64,000 nucleotides of DNA. Origin: Thermodesulfobacteriota bacterium. Lineage in GTDB: Bacteria > Desulfobacterota_D > UBA1144 > Nemesobacterales > UBA2774. The stretch spans positions 1,664,001 through 1,728,000 of the forward strand of contig OZ244991.1 in assembly GCA_965223335.1 (NCBI GenBank). Reading direction: 5' to 3'. Below, one piece after another: positions 18,575 to 30,000 of this stretch. The notes under the pieces are model-generated. The model saw nothing but the letters and a program-made list of their open reading frames with translations. It had not been told where the DNA came from and ran no database searches. Within the stretch, counting starts at the first letter, position 1; the number at the start of each line of letters is the position of its first letter. The position numbers were made by a program, and so were the translations under genes.

Positions 18575-19162
18575 ATGTCAGAGTCTAACGATCAGAGAGA
18601 ACGACAATATAACGTAGCCGACATTTTCATCGACCGCTGGTCACCCAGAGCCATGTCGGGTGAGTCTATTACAGACCGGGAACTGATGACTCTATTTGAA
18701 GCGGCCAGATGGGCCCCGTCGGCCTTTAATAACCAGCCGTGGCGGTTTTTATACACCAAAAGAGATAGTGATAGCTGGGAAACATTTTTTAACCTACTCG
18801 CCGAGGGTAATCGGACCTGGGTAAAAAACGCAGCGGTCCTAATGGTTGTTATATCCAAAAAGACATCCGAGTATAACAATAAACCCGTGAGGACTCACGC
18901 ATTCGACACCGGTTCTGCATGGGTGAGTCTGGCACTGCAGGGATCAATAAGTGGTTTGGTTGTCCATGGTATGGCGGGGTTTGATTACGATAAAGCCAAA
19001 GAAGATCTGGGGATCCCTGATGACTATAACGTAGAGGCTATGGTGGCGGTGGGGAGGCCCGGCGATAAAAATGAGCTGCCCGAAAAACTGCGCAATATCG
19101 AAAAACCTTCGGGGCGTAAAGAGATAAAAGAGATTGCATTCGAGGACAAATTCCAAGGCTAA
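18575..19162 (+). CDS. Nitroreductase family protein
   Basis: RWSPRAM, AARWAPSAFNNQPWRF, HGMAGFD. Confidence 0.9.
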   Translation: MSESNDQRERQYNVADIFIDRWSPRAMSGESITDRELMTLFEAARWAPSAFNNQPWRFLYTKRDSDSWETFFNLLAEGNRTWVKNAAVLMVVISKKTSEYNNKPVRTHAFDTGSAWVSLALQGSISGLVVHGMAGFDYDKAKEDLGIPDDYNVEAMVAVGRPGDKNELPEKLRNIEKPSGRKEIKEIAFEDKFQG

Positions 19163-19263
19163 TAGAGGTTATGAAGTAGTAACAAACTAATTCCGGTTAT
19201 GCATTTCGACTAAATCCTCTATACTATTAATCAACTACATACTTAGATGAGGGGGATACGTAA

Positions 19264-20199
19264 ATGAGTACCAATGAGAGTGGTAAGCACAGTGAAGAAC
19301 TATTTCCCCCGCTCCCCATCGAGGAGTGGGAAGATACAAAGAACACACTGCACCTTTTTATGCAGATAGTAGGCAAGATACGCCTTAAATCTTTTCCCAA
19401 GATGAACCATTGGTGGCATGTAACTCTATATGTTGCCCCGCGCGGCCTTACCACGAGGTCCATACCCTACGACGGTATGATTTTCGAGATCGCGTTTGAT
19501 TTCATAGATCACAAGCTTGTGATTGTTACCAGTCAAGGAGCGACGCGTTTCATCCCGCTTAACGGGCTTAATGTGGCCGAGTTTTACAAGAGTTTAATGT
19601 CCGAGTTAGCTGACCTGGGTATTGATGTGGATATTGTTGCCGAGCCCTACGATGTGCCGTTTAGTTCCGAGCCCTTTGCAACCGACACTACGCACGGTAC
19701 TTACGATGAACAGTTTGTTAATAGGTACTGGCATATACTATTGAATGTCGATAATGTGTTCGAGAGGTTCAGGGCCAGGTTTATAGGAAAGAGCACCCCT
19801 GTACACCTGTATTGGCACCACGCCGATCTGGCAGTTACCCGGTTCTCCGGCAAGGAAGCACCGTATCAGAACGAAAATGCAACCAATGCCGATAAAGAGG
19901 CATACTCGCACGAGGTAATAAGCTTTGGGTTCTGGGCAGGGGACGAGAACGTACGTGCACCGGCCTTTTATTCCTATACTTATCCCGAGCCCGAGGGACT
20001 TACCACAGAGGAGCTTCTGCCCAAAGAGGCCTTTTGGAACACCGACTCGGGCAGTGCGATGGCGGTGTTAATGTACGATGACCTCCGCAAGTCCGACTCC
20101 CCCGAGGATACGCTGCTAGAGTTCTTGGAGAGCAGTTACAACGCAGGTGCAAAGAAGGCAAATTGGGATATTGAAGCACTCAGCTTAAAAGGTAGTTAG
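19264..20199 (+). CDS. DUF5996-like protein
   Basis: NHWWHVTLY, DLAVTRFSG, EAYSHEVISFGFWAG, AFYSYTYPEP. Confidence 0.7.
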   Translation: MSTNESGKHSEELFPPLPIEEWEDTKNTLHLFMQIVGKIRLKSFPKMNHWWHVTLYVAPRGLTTRSIPYDGMIFEIAFDFIDHKLVIVTSQGATRFIPLNGLNVAEFYKSLMSELADLGIDVDIVAEPYDVPFSSEPFATDTTHGTYDEQFVNRYWHILLNVDNVFERFRARFIGKSTPVHLYWHHADLAVTRFSGKEAPYQNENATNADKEAYSHEVISFGFWAGDENVRAPAFYSYTYPEPEGLTTEELLPKEAFWNTDSGSAMAVLMYDDLRKSDSPEDTLLEFLESSYNAGAKKANWDIEALSLKGS

Positions 20200-20312
20200 A
20201 GAGAGGGAATATTAAAAAGAGCCCAGTATATTCAAGCTATTACGACTTGATCAAAAACCCAGAGTCCAAAGCGGCACGGTAACCATCTATTTGAGAGATA
20301 GGAGTATATCAA

Positions 20313-20978
20313 ATGATCGACCTATACACATCGTCAACCCCAAACGGCAGGAAGATCTCGATCATGCTCGAGGAGATCGAGATACCATACACTGTGCACC
20401 ATGTGAGCCTAAGCAAGTTCGAGCAAAAGGAGCCTTGGTTCCTCGAGATCAACCCAAACGGCCGTATCCCTGCTATCGTAGACAGGGACAACGACGACTT
20501 TGCTGTATTCGAGTCCGGGGCCATACTGATCTATCTGGCCGAGAAAACCGGAAAGCTCCTACCGCAAGATGTGAAAGGCAGGTCTACTGTTATACAGTGG
20601 CTCATGTTCCAAATGGCCGGCATAGGCCCTATGCAGGGGCAGTCCAACGTTTTCTACAGGTATGCCCCGGAGAAGATCGAGTACGCGATTAACCGCTACC
20701 ACAGGGAGACCAAGAGGTTGTATACAGTGTTAGAGAAGAGGCTTACGGACAATGAATATTTGGGGGGATCCGAATATTCAATTGCCGATATTGCAACGTA
20801 TCCCTGGATAGCGCTCCACAAGTGGGCGGGCATTGAGATTGATGACCTGCCGAACCTGCGCGAGTGGATGAAGGTAGTACGCCGCCGCCCCGCAGTGAGA
20901 CGCGGGATGGATATACCGAAATCCAGGAAAAAGAGTCTTAAAGAAGCAGAGGAGAGGGGATCAAAACTGTTGGTATGA
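20313..20978 (+). CDS. Glutathione S-transferase, YfcG/YghU (Nu)-like
   Basis: [29 protein letters not shown]. Confidence 0.9.
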   Translation: MIDLYTSSTPNGRKISIMLEEIEIPYTVHHVSLSKFEQKEPWFLEINPNGRIPAIVDRDNDDFAVFESGAILIYLAEKTGKLLPQDVKGRSTVIQWLMFQMAGIGPMQGQSNVFYRYAPEKIEYAINRYHRETKRLYTVLEKRLTDNEYLGGSEYSIADIATYPWIALHKWAGIEIDDLPNLREWMKVVRRRPAVRRGMDIPKSRKKSLKEAEERGSKLLV

Positions 20979-21057
20979 TTTAGGGCGGTGCCCTGGTGCA
21001 GCGGTCCTATAACTCATCGGTTAAGATTATACGAGCTTATAACGGAGGTGCGTTAGA

Positions 21058-21819
21058 ATGAGACTAGAGGGTAAAACTGCAATAGTTACTGGCGGTAGCG
21101 AGGGGATCGGGAGGGCTACAGCACATATTTTATGCAAGGAAGGTGCTAACGTCGGCATAATGGCCAGAACCGAGTCCAATCTTGAAAGTGTGGTGGCCGA
21201 GGCCGAGGGGCCGGGTGAATTAGTGGCCTATCAGGGCGATGTGTCGGTGGAAGAGGACATAAAGAGGGTGGTCGAAGATTTTCACTCGCGCTTCGGGCGC
21301 ATTGATATTCTATTTAATAATGCGGGGATACTCGAGGGCGGTACAGTCGTCACTACAACCAGCGAGGTGTGGGACCGCACAATCGATATCAACGTCAAAG
21401 GTGTGTTTTTGATGAGCAAATATGTGGTACCGATAATGGCAGAGAACGGAGGGGGCTCGATCATAAACAACTCCTCAGTGCTCGGCATGGTAGGCATGGA
21501 AAACTGTGTCGCATACAATGCGTCTAAAGGAGCTGTGAGACAGATCACTAGGAGCATGGCGCTTGACCATTCCAAGCAGAATATACGCGTTAATTCAGTT
21601 TGTCCGGGCTACATTAAAACCAAGATGGATGTCGAGTTCATGGGCAACCCGCCCGATGCCGAGGAGCAGCTCGACAAGATAGCAGCCGATATGATCCCGC
21701 TTGTACGGCGTGCCGAGCCTGAAGAGGTAGGATACGCAGTTTTGTATCTGGCTAGCGACGATGCCAGGTATGTAACGGGGTCCGACCTGGTCATAGACGG
21801 CGGTTGGACGACCTATTAA
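21058..21819 (+). CDS. Short-chain dehydrogenase/reductase
   Basis: TGGSEGIG, NNAG, YNASK, IDGG. Confidence 0.92.
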   Translation: MRLEGKTAIVTGGSEGIGRATAHILCKEGANVGIMARTESNLESVVAEAEGPGELVAYQGDVSVEEDIKRVVEDFHSRFGRIDILFNNAGILEGGTVVTTTSEVWDRTIDINVKGVFLMSKYVVPIMAENGGGSIINNSSVLGMVGMENCVAYNASKGAVRQITRSMALDHSKQNIRVNSVCPGYIKTKMDVEFMGNPPDAEEQLDKIAADMIPLVRRAEPEEVGYAVLYLASDDARYVTGSDLVIDGGWTTY

Positions 21820-21903
21820 ATAGCAGCATCACTTGGGGCACAGGGGTAAAAAGATTGCTAAACACAAATACAACTCTTAAGTGGTTTATTACCAAACAGT
21901 CAT

Positions 21904-22914
21904 ATGGATCCGATTAGCCAGGGTGTTCTGGGTGCATCACTCCCCCAAAGCGTCTCCAACCGAAAAGAGATACGAATCGCGGGTGTGGTAGGGTTTTTAT
22001 CTGCCTTACTGGCCGACCTGGATATCCTGATTCGTTCGTCCACCGACCCTCTGCTTGTGATCGACTATCACAGGCACTTTACCCATGCTCTTGCGTTCAT
22101 ACCAATTGGGGGACTAATCGCAGCCTCAGTGCTTTGGGTGTTTCTGAGAAAGCGGATGGGCTTTTTGCGCATCTATATCTATGCGACCCTCGGTTACGCA
22201 ACAGCCGGGCTTCTGGATGCCTGCACGAACTATGGCACAAGGGTGTTTTGGCCATTTTCCGATGAGAGAGTTGCTTGGAATATAATCTCTATTATCGACC
22301 CTATTTTTACTATCACACTATTGGTAATTGTGGTCATTGCATTCATCAGAAAATCTACAAATATTGCACGTGTGGGAGTATTATTTGCTGTGCTTTATCT
22401 CTTGCTCGGCTATGCGCAGCGCGAACGGGCCACAAGTGTGGCTGTTGATCTTGCCGGGGAGCGGGGACACCGGATAGAGCGGATCTTAGTGCACCCTTCG
22501 CTCGGCAATTTGGTGCTCTGGCGTTCGGTATACGAATCCGATGGGCGGTTGTATGCAGATGCAGTGTGGGTAGGGCCCTTCTCAGATCCCGTTGTCTATG
22601 AGGGCGACTCACTTGAGCTCTTTGACCCCGACACAGACTACCCGGGAGCCGACAAGGACAGCGTGCTTTATAATGACGTGCTTCGGTTTCAGAAGTTTAC
22701 AGGCGGTTATCTTTCATACCATCCAGACTATCCGAATATTGTAGGCGACATGCGGTACTCGATCATCCCAAACGGGATTATTCCGCTCTGGGGTATAACT
22801 CTGGATACCGAGAACGAGAGTAAACATATTGAGATGCTAAATACCAGGGGTGAGGTAACGGACGAGAAATGGAACATATTTTTCTCAATGCTCCGTGGGC
22901 AGTCTATCGACTGA
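21904..22914 (+). CDS. Membrane metal-dependent hydrolase (YdjM-like)
   Basis: MDPISQ, ADLD, HRHFTHA, LLDACTNYGT, IIDP. Confidence 0.8.
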   Translation: MDPISQGVLGASLPQSVSNRKEIRIAGVVGFLSALLADLDILIRSSTDPLLVIDYHRHFTHALAFIPIGGLIAASVLWVFLRKRMGFLRIYIYATLGYATAGLLDACTNYGTRVFWPFSDERVAWNIISIIDPIFTITLLVIVVIAFIRKSTNIARVGVLFAVLYLLLGYAQRERATSVAVDLAGERGHRIERILVHPSLGNLVLWRSVYESDGRLYADAVWVGPFSDPVVYEGDSLELFDPDTDYPGADKDSVLYNDVLRFQKFTGGYLSYHPDYPNIVGDMRYSIIPNGIIPLWGITLDTENESKHIEMLNTRGEVTDEKWNIFFSMLRGQSID

Positions 22915-23062
22915 GTTGTTTTCTAGCCGGTATGCCTTGATTGCTTGTGATAAATTGTATTAACATATTCCTGGTCTGAATTTATTTGTTCTCTTTGGCG
23001 AAGCATTTTGAGTAAATGTGGCTGCAATGATTATATATAACTAAATTTCAGGGGAGGGCACC

Positions 23063-23809
23063 ATGCAATTAAACGAGCTTCAGGAAAAGATGTGCGAGGA
23101 GAGCAGGTGGGATTTCACCGACCTAAAGGCGCTATTTCTTAACTGTACTCTCAAAAAGTCACCTGCTTTATCCCACACCGAGGGTTTAATAAGTATTTCT
23201 ATAGCTATAATGGAGAAAAACGGCATCTCAGTAGAGCTGCTTAGGCCTGTGGATTACGATATTGCTACGGGTGTGTATCCCGATATGACCGAGCACGGCT
23301 GGGATAAAGACGACTGGCCCGGGATTTACGAGAAGGTTAAGGAGGCAGAGATAATAGTGATCGGGTCCCCTATCTGGCTCGGTGAGAAATCCTCGGTCTG
23401 CACACAGGTTATAGAGAGACTCTACTCTACTTCGGGCGATCTAAACCCCCAGGGTCAGTATGCCTATTACGGGCGAGTTGGCGGGTGCCTCATAACCGGG
23501 AACGAAGACGGGGCCAAACACTGCTCAATGAACATATTGTATTCGCTACAGCATATAGGATATGTGATCCCTCCTCAGGCCGATGCCGGGTGGCTGGGCG
23601 AGGCCGGCCCGGGCCCCTCATACCTGGACCCAGGCTCCGGGGGCCCTGAAAATGACTTCACCAATCGTAACACCACTTTTATGACGTGGAACCTCATGCA
23701 CATGGCCAGGATGATCAAAGACGCAGGTGGGATACCCGCACACGGCAACCAGCGCTCGGAATGGGACGCGGGGTGCAGGTTTGATTATGAAAACCCCGAG
23801 CACAGGTAG
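23063..23809 (+). CDS. Flavodoxin-fold / NADPH-dependent FMN reductase-like protein
   Basis: NCTLKKSP..SHT, GSPIWLG, GNEDG. Confidence 0.8.
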   Translation: MQLNELQEKMCEESRWDFTDLKALFLNCTLKKSPALSHTEGLISISIAIMEKNGISVELLRPVDYDIATGVYPDMTEHGWDKDDWPGIYEKVKEAEIIVIGSPIWLGEKSSVCTQVIERLYSTSGDLNPQGQYAYYGRVGGCLITGNEDGAKHCSMNILYSLQHIGYVIPPQADAGWLGEAGPGPSYLDPGSGGPENDFTNRNTTFMTWNLMHMARMIKDAGGIPAHGNQRSEWDAGCRFDYENPEHR

Positions 23810-23862
23810 TATTACTTGATAAATATGCGCATCAACAAAACATAGCACGGGGGGAGTCGGCT

Positions 23863-24357
23863 TTGCCCATATACGAGTTCTTCTGTAAAAAGTGCAACAC
23901 GGTCTATAAGTTTTATTCAAGGACAGTAAATACCGAGACCATACCCAAGTGCCCAAAGTGCAAACGAGTAAAGCTCGAACGCATTTTTTCATCGTTTGCC
24001 ACCTTAAGCGGTGCCAAAGAAGGGGGTGAAGCTGAGACCCCCGATATTGACGAATCCAAGCTCGAAAAAGCAATGTCTATGCTCGAGCGAGAAGTCGACA
24101 GAGTGGATGAAGACGACCCCAAACAGACTGCCGAGCTCATGAGAAAACTCACCGATGCAACGGGTATGTCCATGGGCCCCGGCATGGAGGAAGCTCTAAG
24201 CAGGCTAGAGAGCGGCGAGGACCCTGAGACGATAGAACAGGAGATGGGGGATCTACTTGAGGACGAATCCATGCTCTTTGCAAAGAAAAAGAAAAAAGGC
24301 GCCAAACACAAGCCAACCTACCCAAAAACAGACGACACACTTTATGAACTGGACTAA
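23863..24357 (+). CDS. FmdB-family zinc-ribbon protein with acidic C-terminal extension
   Basis: TTG start; MPIYEFFCKKC-x18-CPKC...RIFS. Confidence 0.85.
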   Translation: MPIYEFFCKKCNTVYKFYSRTVNTETIPKCPKCKRVKLERIFSSFATLSGAKEGGEAETPDIDESKLEKAMSMLEREVDRVDEDDPKQTAELMRKLTDATGMSMGPGMEEALSRLESGEDPETIEQEMGDLLEDESMLFAKKKKKGAKHKPTYPKTDDTLYELD

Positions 24358-24377
24358 CTCTGGGGTATAAAGGCTAT

Positions 24378-24412
24378 AAAAAAAGGGGACATACTCATAT
24401 AAATATGTCCCC
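24378..24412 (-). terminator. Intrinsic terminator of the dienelactone hydrolase gene
   Basis: GGGGACATA / TATGTCCCC stem with T7 tract on the minus strand. Confidence 0.75.
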
Positions 24413-24437
24413 CGTTATGAAATTGGATTTAAAACAA

Positions 24438-25238
24438 TTAATTGCTTTCAGACTTGAAAATCTCTTTTAGAAATTCCTCCATGGATTTCCACGAGCTCTC
24501 ATCCGCGTCTTTATCGTATACAAGGGGAATCTCGAATTTTTTAGCGTACTCGTCTGCTGCAGGGTTGGTAAAGCTATGCCCCACCCCCGGATACACGATC
24601 AGTGCATAGTCCACGTCTGCACCGTTCATCTCTTTTCTAAACTCAGCTAACTGCTCGGGAGTAGTAAATTTGTCGTCTTTACCATGGAGCACCAACACCT
24701 TTGCCTTGACACTACCAGGCTCGGGTGTGTGCATGGAAGCAAGGCTCCCGTGAAAACTGACCACACCGTCCAGGTCCGTACCCTTTCTGGCCATATGCAG
24801 TACCACCCCGCCACCAAAACAGTACCCGATAGCTGCAATCTGATCGGGGTTTACTGTGGGCTCTGCTTTTAAAAAGTCCATGGCCGCATTAAATCTTTTC
24901 TCACCCACGTCCATATTGTTTAGAACTTCCATCATGAATTTGTTGGCGTCGTCGGGGTGATCTGCCTGTTTGCCGTCCCCGTACATATCTACAGCCAGTG
25001 CTGTGTAACCCATCTCCGCCAGCATGTCTGCGCGTTTTCTGGCGTAATCGTTATGTCCCCACCATTCGTGCACCACTAGCACTCCGGGGCGTTTACCCTC
25101 GATGCTGTTGTCGTAGGCCAGATAACCCTTTAGTGTTGTGCCGCTCTCGGTGTACTCCACGTCCTTGCCCACTACCTCTGCGTATGATAGTTGGCTTAGA
25201 GCAAAAACGGTTAATAAAAGAAGTCCAAAGAATTTCAT
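24438..25238 (-). CDS. Dienelactone hydrolase family protein, secreted
   Basis: Signal peptide; HEWWG, GYCFGG, HSFT. Confidence 0.92.
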   Translation of the reverse strand: MKFFGLLLLTVFALSQLSYAEVVGKDVEYTESGTTLKGYLAYDNSIEGKRPGVLVVHEWWGHNDYARKRADMLAEMGYTALAVDMYGDGKQADHPDDANKFMMEVLNNMDVGEKRFNAAMDFLKAEPTVNPDQIAAIGYCFGGGVVLHMARKGTDLDGVVSFHGSLASMHTPEPGSVKAKVLVLHGKDDKFTTPEQLAEFRKEMNGADVDYALIVYPGVGHSFTNPAADEYAKKFEIPLVYDKDADESSWKSMEEFLKEIFKSESN

Positions 25239-25358
25239 TTATATTCCTCCCTTTTGTGTTTGTTTTAGTATCATTCATTGATAAATGATAGACTAGTTGT
25301 TGTCAAGACATAGTTCATGGTTAGCTATATAGATTTCAAGTTACATTCTTAGACACAT

Positions 25359-26882
25359 ATGAATGCAAAATTAATACTCACTCTATTTGCCATGGGGCTG
25401 GGCGTGTTGGTCCTGGCAGTGGATATCACAGCCATTAATCTTGCCATCCCGGGCATTGAAAAAGGGTTTAAGACCTCAATCGAGACCGTCCAGTGGGTTA
25501 TAAACGGCTATGGGCTATCCTTCGGGGTCCTCATGGTCACGTGCGGGAGGCTTGCCGATATATACGGCCGCACAAAGATGTTCTATATAGGGCTGGTGGT
25601 GTTTGGGTTGGCATCATTTTTGGGAGCTATAGCTACGGATGTAGGCATGCTTATAGCCGCTCGCTTTGTTCAAGGTTTCGGTGGGGCACTACTCTGGCCC
25701 GCAATACTGGGCATAGTGTTTTCCTCTGTTTCTGACAGTCAAAAGGGTATCGCGATTGGATTGATCATGGGAGCAGCGGGATTCGGTAACGCCGCGGGCC
25801 CGGTCCTAAGCGGGTTTATTACCGAGACCTGGTCGTGGCGCTGGGTGTTGATGATGAATATCCCGCTAGTGCTGATTGCTGGGACAATCAGCTATTTTGT
25901 GGTTGAGAAACAGTCGGGGGAGAGTGGTGAAAAGGGCGTAGATTCCCTGGGCATCCTAACGTTATCTGTGTCCATAATAGCTCTATTATATGCGCTTAAT
26001 GTGGCTCCCACATGGGGCTGGGTATCCTACGGTATCTTCGGGTTACTGCTCTTATCCATAGCAATGTTCTATTTGTTTATTAGGGTTGAAAAGGTCGCAA
26101 GACTGGCACTTATTCCCGATGACGTGCTTCGCAACTCCACATTCATGATGGCTGGGCTCATTATGTTGCTTGCTATCCCCTCATTTTTTTGTGTGATGTT
26201 ATATGTGCCGCAGTACTTCGAGAAGTTCATGGACTACACTCCCGTATTAGCCGGGGCCTCTTTAGTCCCTATGCTGCTTAGCTTCGGGTTGGTCTCGCCT
26301 ATATCCGGCACCATATTTAACCGCCTTGGCCCAAAATACTCTATCTTAACAGGCTTATTGCTGATAACACTCGGGATACTGGCATTGATAATCCTCGGTT
26401 TCGATAAGGACTACTATGGGTTTATACCCGGGATGGTATTGATGGGTATGGGCATAGGGTTTTCCATCCCTTCTGTGACGACCTCGGGCGTGGGATTTGT
26501 AAGTGATTCCAGGGCGAGCTTAGCAAGCGGGATACTGTATATGTTTCAGCTTGTGGGTGCCGCTTTGGGGCTTGCCATTGCCACTACGATATTCACAACT
26601 AGAGTAAAAGACGATTTACTGGACAAGTTAAAAAATCTGGGTCTCGACCTCACAACTGTAGAACACACCGATATTGAGGGGTTTGTCATCGGCAGCGGCA
26701 GTAAAAGCAACCTTACAACCGAGTTGGGAATCGATACGTTTAACACCCTCATACCTCCCCTGCACAGCTCCTATGTGTCGGGCATCAAAACGGCGCTTGT
26801 ATTCACAGTGGTTTTAGCCGCCCTAGGTGCTGTTGTTGCACTGGTCTATATACCTAAACAACTAAATGCTTCTTCGGACTAA
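25359..26882 (+). CDS. MFS transporter, DHA2 (14-TM) type
   Basis: D.TAINLAIP, GRLADIYGR, GPVLSG, WRWV; many TM segments. Confidence 0.9.
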   Translation: MNAKLILTLFAMGLGVLVLAVDITAINLAIPGIEKGFKTSIETVQWVINGYGLSFGVLMVTCGRLADIYGRTKMFYIGLVVFGLASFLGAIATDVGMLIAARFVQGFGGALLWPAILGIVFSSVSDSQKGIAIGLIMGAAGFGNAAGPVLSGFITETWSWRWVLMMNIPLVLIAGTISYFVVEKQSGESGEKGVDSLGILTLSVSIIALLYALNVAPTWGWVSYGIFGLLLLSIAMFYLFIRVEKVARLALIPDDVLRNSTFMMAGLIMLLAIPSFFCVMLYVPQYFEKFMDYTPVLAGASLVPMLLSFGLVSPISGTIFNRLGPKYSILTGLLLITLGILALIILGFDKDYYGFIPGMVLMGMGIGFSIPSVTTSGVGFVSDSRASLASGILYMFQLVGAALGLAIATTIFTTRVKDDLLDKLKNLGLDLTTVEHTDIEGFVIGSGSKSNLTTELGIDTFNTLIPPLHSSYVSGIKTALVFTVVLAALGAVVALVYIPKQLNASSD

Positions 26883-27056
26883 TCATCTTAATTTATGCAT
26901 GCTCGTGACCCGGTTTTTTAATCACGTGCACAGAAATTTATGATTGTTATGGTGCCTCTCATTAGTTACCCTATAACTATAGCACACCACTCACACAACC
27001 GGATTATTCGATAGCCTAATTTTGTCAAACTCAATCTTTTCAGACCGGTATATGAA

Positions 27057-30000
27057 TTGGTTAGAATAAAAAAATACACAAGACTCATATTAATCTCTCT
27101 CGGGATTATTTTCCTATTAGTCTCTGCACTTTTGATTGTGGGGGTAAACCTCGTTAACCGCGACCTTATGAAGGATCAGATCCTATCTGTAACCTCAGTG
27201 AAGATCGGGGGCGAGGTCAAGTACAAAGACGCTCACATAACTCTCTTTCACAGGCCCCATCTTGTGCTTGAGGGCGGGCATGTCAATATTCCGGGCAAGT
27301 TAGATGCGGACTTTGACACACTCGATATTTATCCGGCTATTTTGCCTCTATTCCTCGGTAATATAGAGGTCTCGGAACTCCGAGTAATCAGACCGAATAT
27401 AGTGCTGAGCTCTGCTAAAAAGAGCGATACCGAGAAACAAAAAGCAAAGCAAGACAAGGAGCCGATCTTATCCCGGGTAAGAAGTAAAATCAAGAATATT
27501 TTTGAGTTTGTTAAGCATGATACAGGCGACCTCAACATACAAATCGTAGATGGTGAGTTTGAATTGGTTAGGTCTGGGAATGACCTCTTAAAAATCACAC
27601 AGATAAACGCATTATTCAGCAAGCCGCAAGAAAAAATACAATACAAAATTACCGCAACATCAGACGAATGGGATAGGATCAGTGCCCAGGGGTGGTTATC
27701 TCCCGACGACTTCGAAAGCACCGGAAAGATTGACGTTACGGGTCTTAAAGTGGGACCAATAACACCTGGTACTAAAGAGATATCTACTTCTATTGCGATA
27801 GAAGATGCCGATCTATCCATTACCTACGACACCGGGGGATTAAACAATCTCGATGTTTATATGAAAACGGATATACCCAAAATTCTCTTAGATAACGGCG
27901 AGAATTCTAAACAGATAGAAAACATAGACCTTGCATCGCGGCTTAGTGCCGACGACAATGAGATTAAGGTCGAGGTTTTGAATGGCAACTTCACCACCCC
28001 CCCACTCTCTGTGAACGGAAGTTATAGGATTGATAATAACACACAGTCCCACGAGCTTACATTAAGTGGTCAGAATATTGACGCCAAGTCGGCCAGGGAT
28101 ATCGCACTTTTTGTGGCCGGTCAAAATAGGATAGTAAAAATTATTTTTGAGATTGTGCGCGGGGGCACTGTCCCCGACATCAAACTCACCGGCAACGCCG
28201 GTTCATTCAAACAGATATGGAAGAAAGGCAACTTTGAGCTCAAGGGCAGCATGATAAATGGCGAGGTCTTTATTCCCAAGGCCGAGTATGATCTAACCGA
28301 TGCAAAGGGTGAGGTGGTAATCGGCGATGGGCTGCTAAAGGGCAGTAATATGAGTGCCAAGATGGGCAACTCGATAGGTACCGAGGGCAGTTTAACGCTC
28401 GGACTCGAGGGTCCGATAGGTCCGCTTTTGCTCGATGTGTTGGTTGATGCCGATGTAAGCGATATCCCGCCGGTGTTAAAACAGTTTATATCCGACCGCA
28501 TATTCCAAGGCGAGATCGACAGATTACAGGCCGTAAGCGGCAGGGCCAAGGGCAAACTAATTCTCGGCGAGCAAAAAAAGTCTCCTAAGCCCAAGATCGA
28601 CGTAACAGACCTAACCATTAACGCAGACTACGGACGCGTCCCGTACAAGCTCGAGATAGACGGGGGCAGATTTCAGTACGAAAACAAGTTCATAAAGGTA
28701 AGCGATATCAATCTTACAACTACAAATTTTTCCACTAAAGGCATTAATGGTTCATTTTCATGGCAGGAGAATAATATCCTCAACCTTAACTCAAGTGCCG
28801 TTAATTTTGAACTGCACGATATGTTCAAGTGGTTAAGGTCTTTCGATCTCTTGGGGTCTCATCTGGAAAAAGTTGCGGATCTAAAGGGCTCTGCACTGCT
28901 GGATTCGCTTGCCTTTAAGGGTGATGTGATGGTGCCCTCGACATGGCGGATAGAGAGCGTGGGCTCTATAAACAATGCTGTCATAAAACTTCCGGGGCTT
29001 GACGGCGATATTACGGTGCCCAGTAATCAATTTGTGGTAACTCCCGAGAAGATATCGTTTAATGACAGCCAGATACAGGTTGATACCAACAGCATTAATC
29101 TTGGAGCCAATATAAATAACTATGTCACCCACGGGTTCTCAGTGGATGTGAAGTTCAATGGCGGGTTAGATGCACCTATTAGCAACGAACTTATCACTTA
29201 TTTTAATATCCCCGACCTTGTATCGGTTACCGGCCCTCTGTCCATATCCGATTCGAGCCTTGTGTACAAAAAATACAAGGATAATAACTCCCTATTAAAC
29301 GGAGCGGCGATCAAGGGGACTAGAACTACGGATCTAAGGAGTTTGAAACTCGATATTACGCTTGATGCAGATTCCTTAGAGTGGAAAAAGGACAAGACAT
29401 ACTCTGAAAATACCGAGGCTAAAACGGATAACACTAAAGAGGCTCGGCCTAGTGCTGACCCAGATGCCCGCAAAACACTTTTATTCGGCGATGTTAAGGT
29501 CAAGTCCAAGAATTTTGCATACGGACAGTTCGATTGGACCTCTGTGGACGGTGTAATTGATTTGGATGGCAGAGATGTTAACGTCAATATATCTAGTGCC
29601 AATTTGTGCGGGATAGACACACCCGGGGTTTTCGAGGTTTCTCCGCCCAAACTCAAACTCGATCTAACCCCCAAGTCCACCGACACCGACTTAAGCACCA
29701 CTATCGAATGCCTTCTTAAGAAAGGCAAGATTCTCACAGGAGACTTCAAGTTCGATGGCGATCTATTGTCCGACACCGATCAGGGTGCGGTGTTTGAGGG
29801 GTTAAACGGAAACCTGGATTTCATATCCCATAACGGTCATGTATCCAATTACGGGACCGTGGCTAAATTTTTCTCGATACTGAATCTGGGCGATGTCATC
29901 AGGGGGGAGCTCCCCGATTTTAGCAAAAAGGGTTTCCCCTACGAGATGATGAAAGCCAAGGGAGAGATCACAGACGGTATATTGGAGTTAAAAGAGGCTG

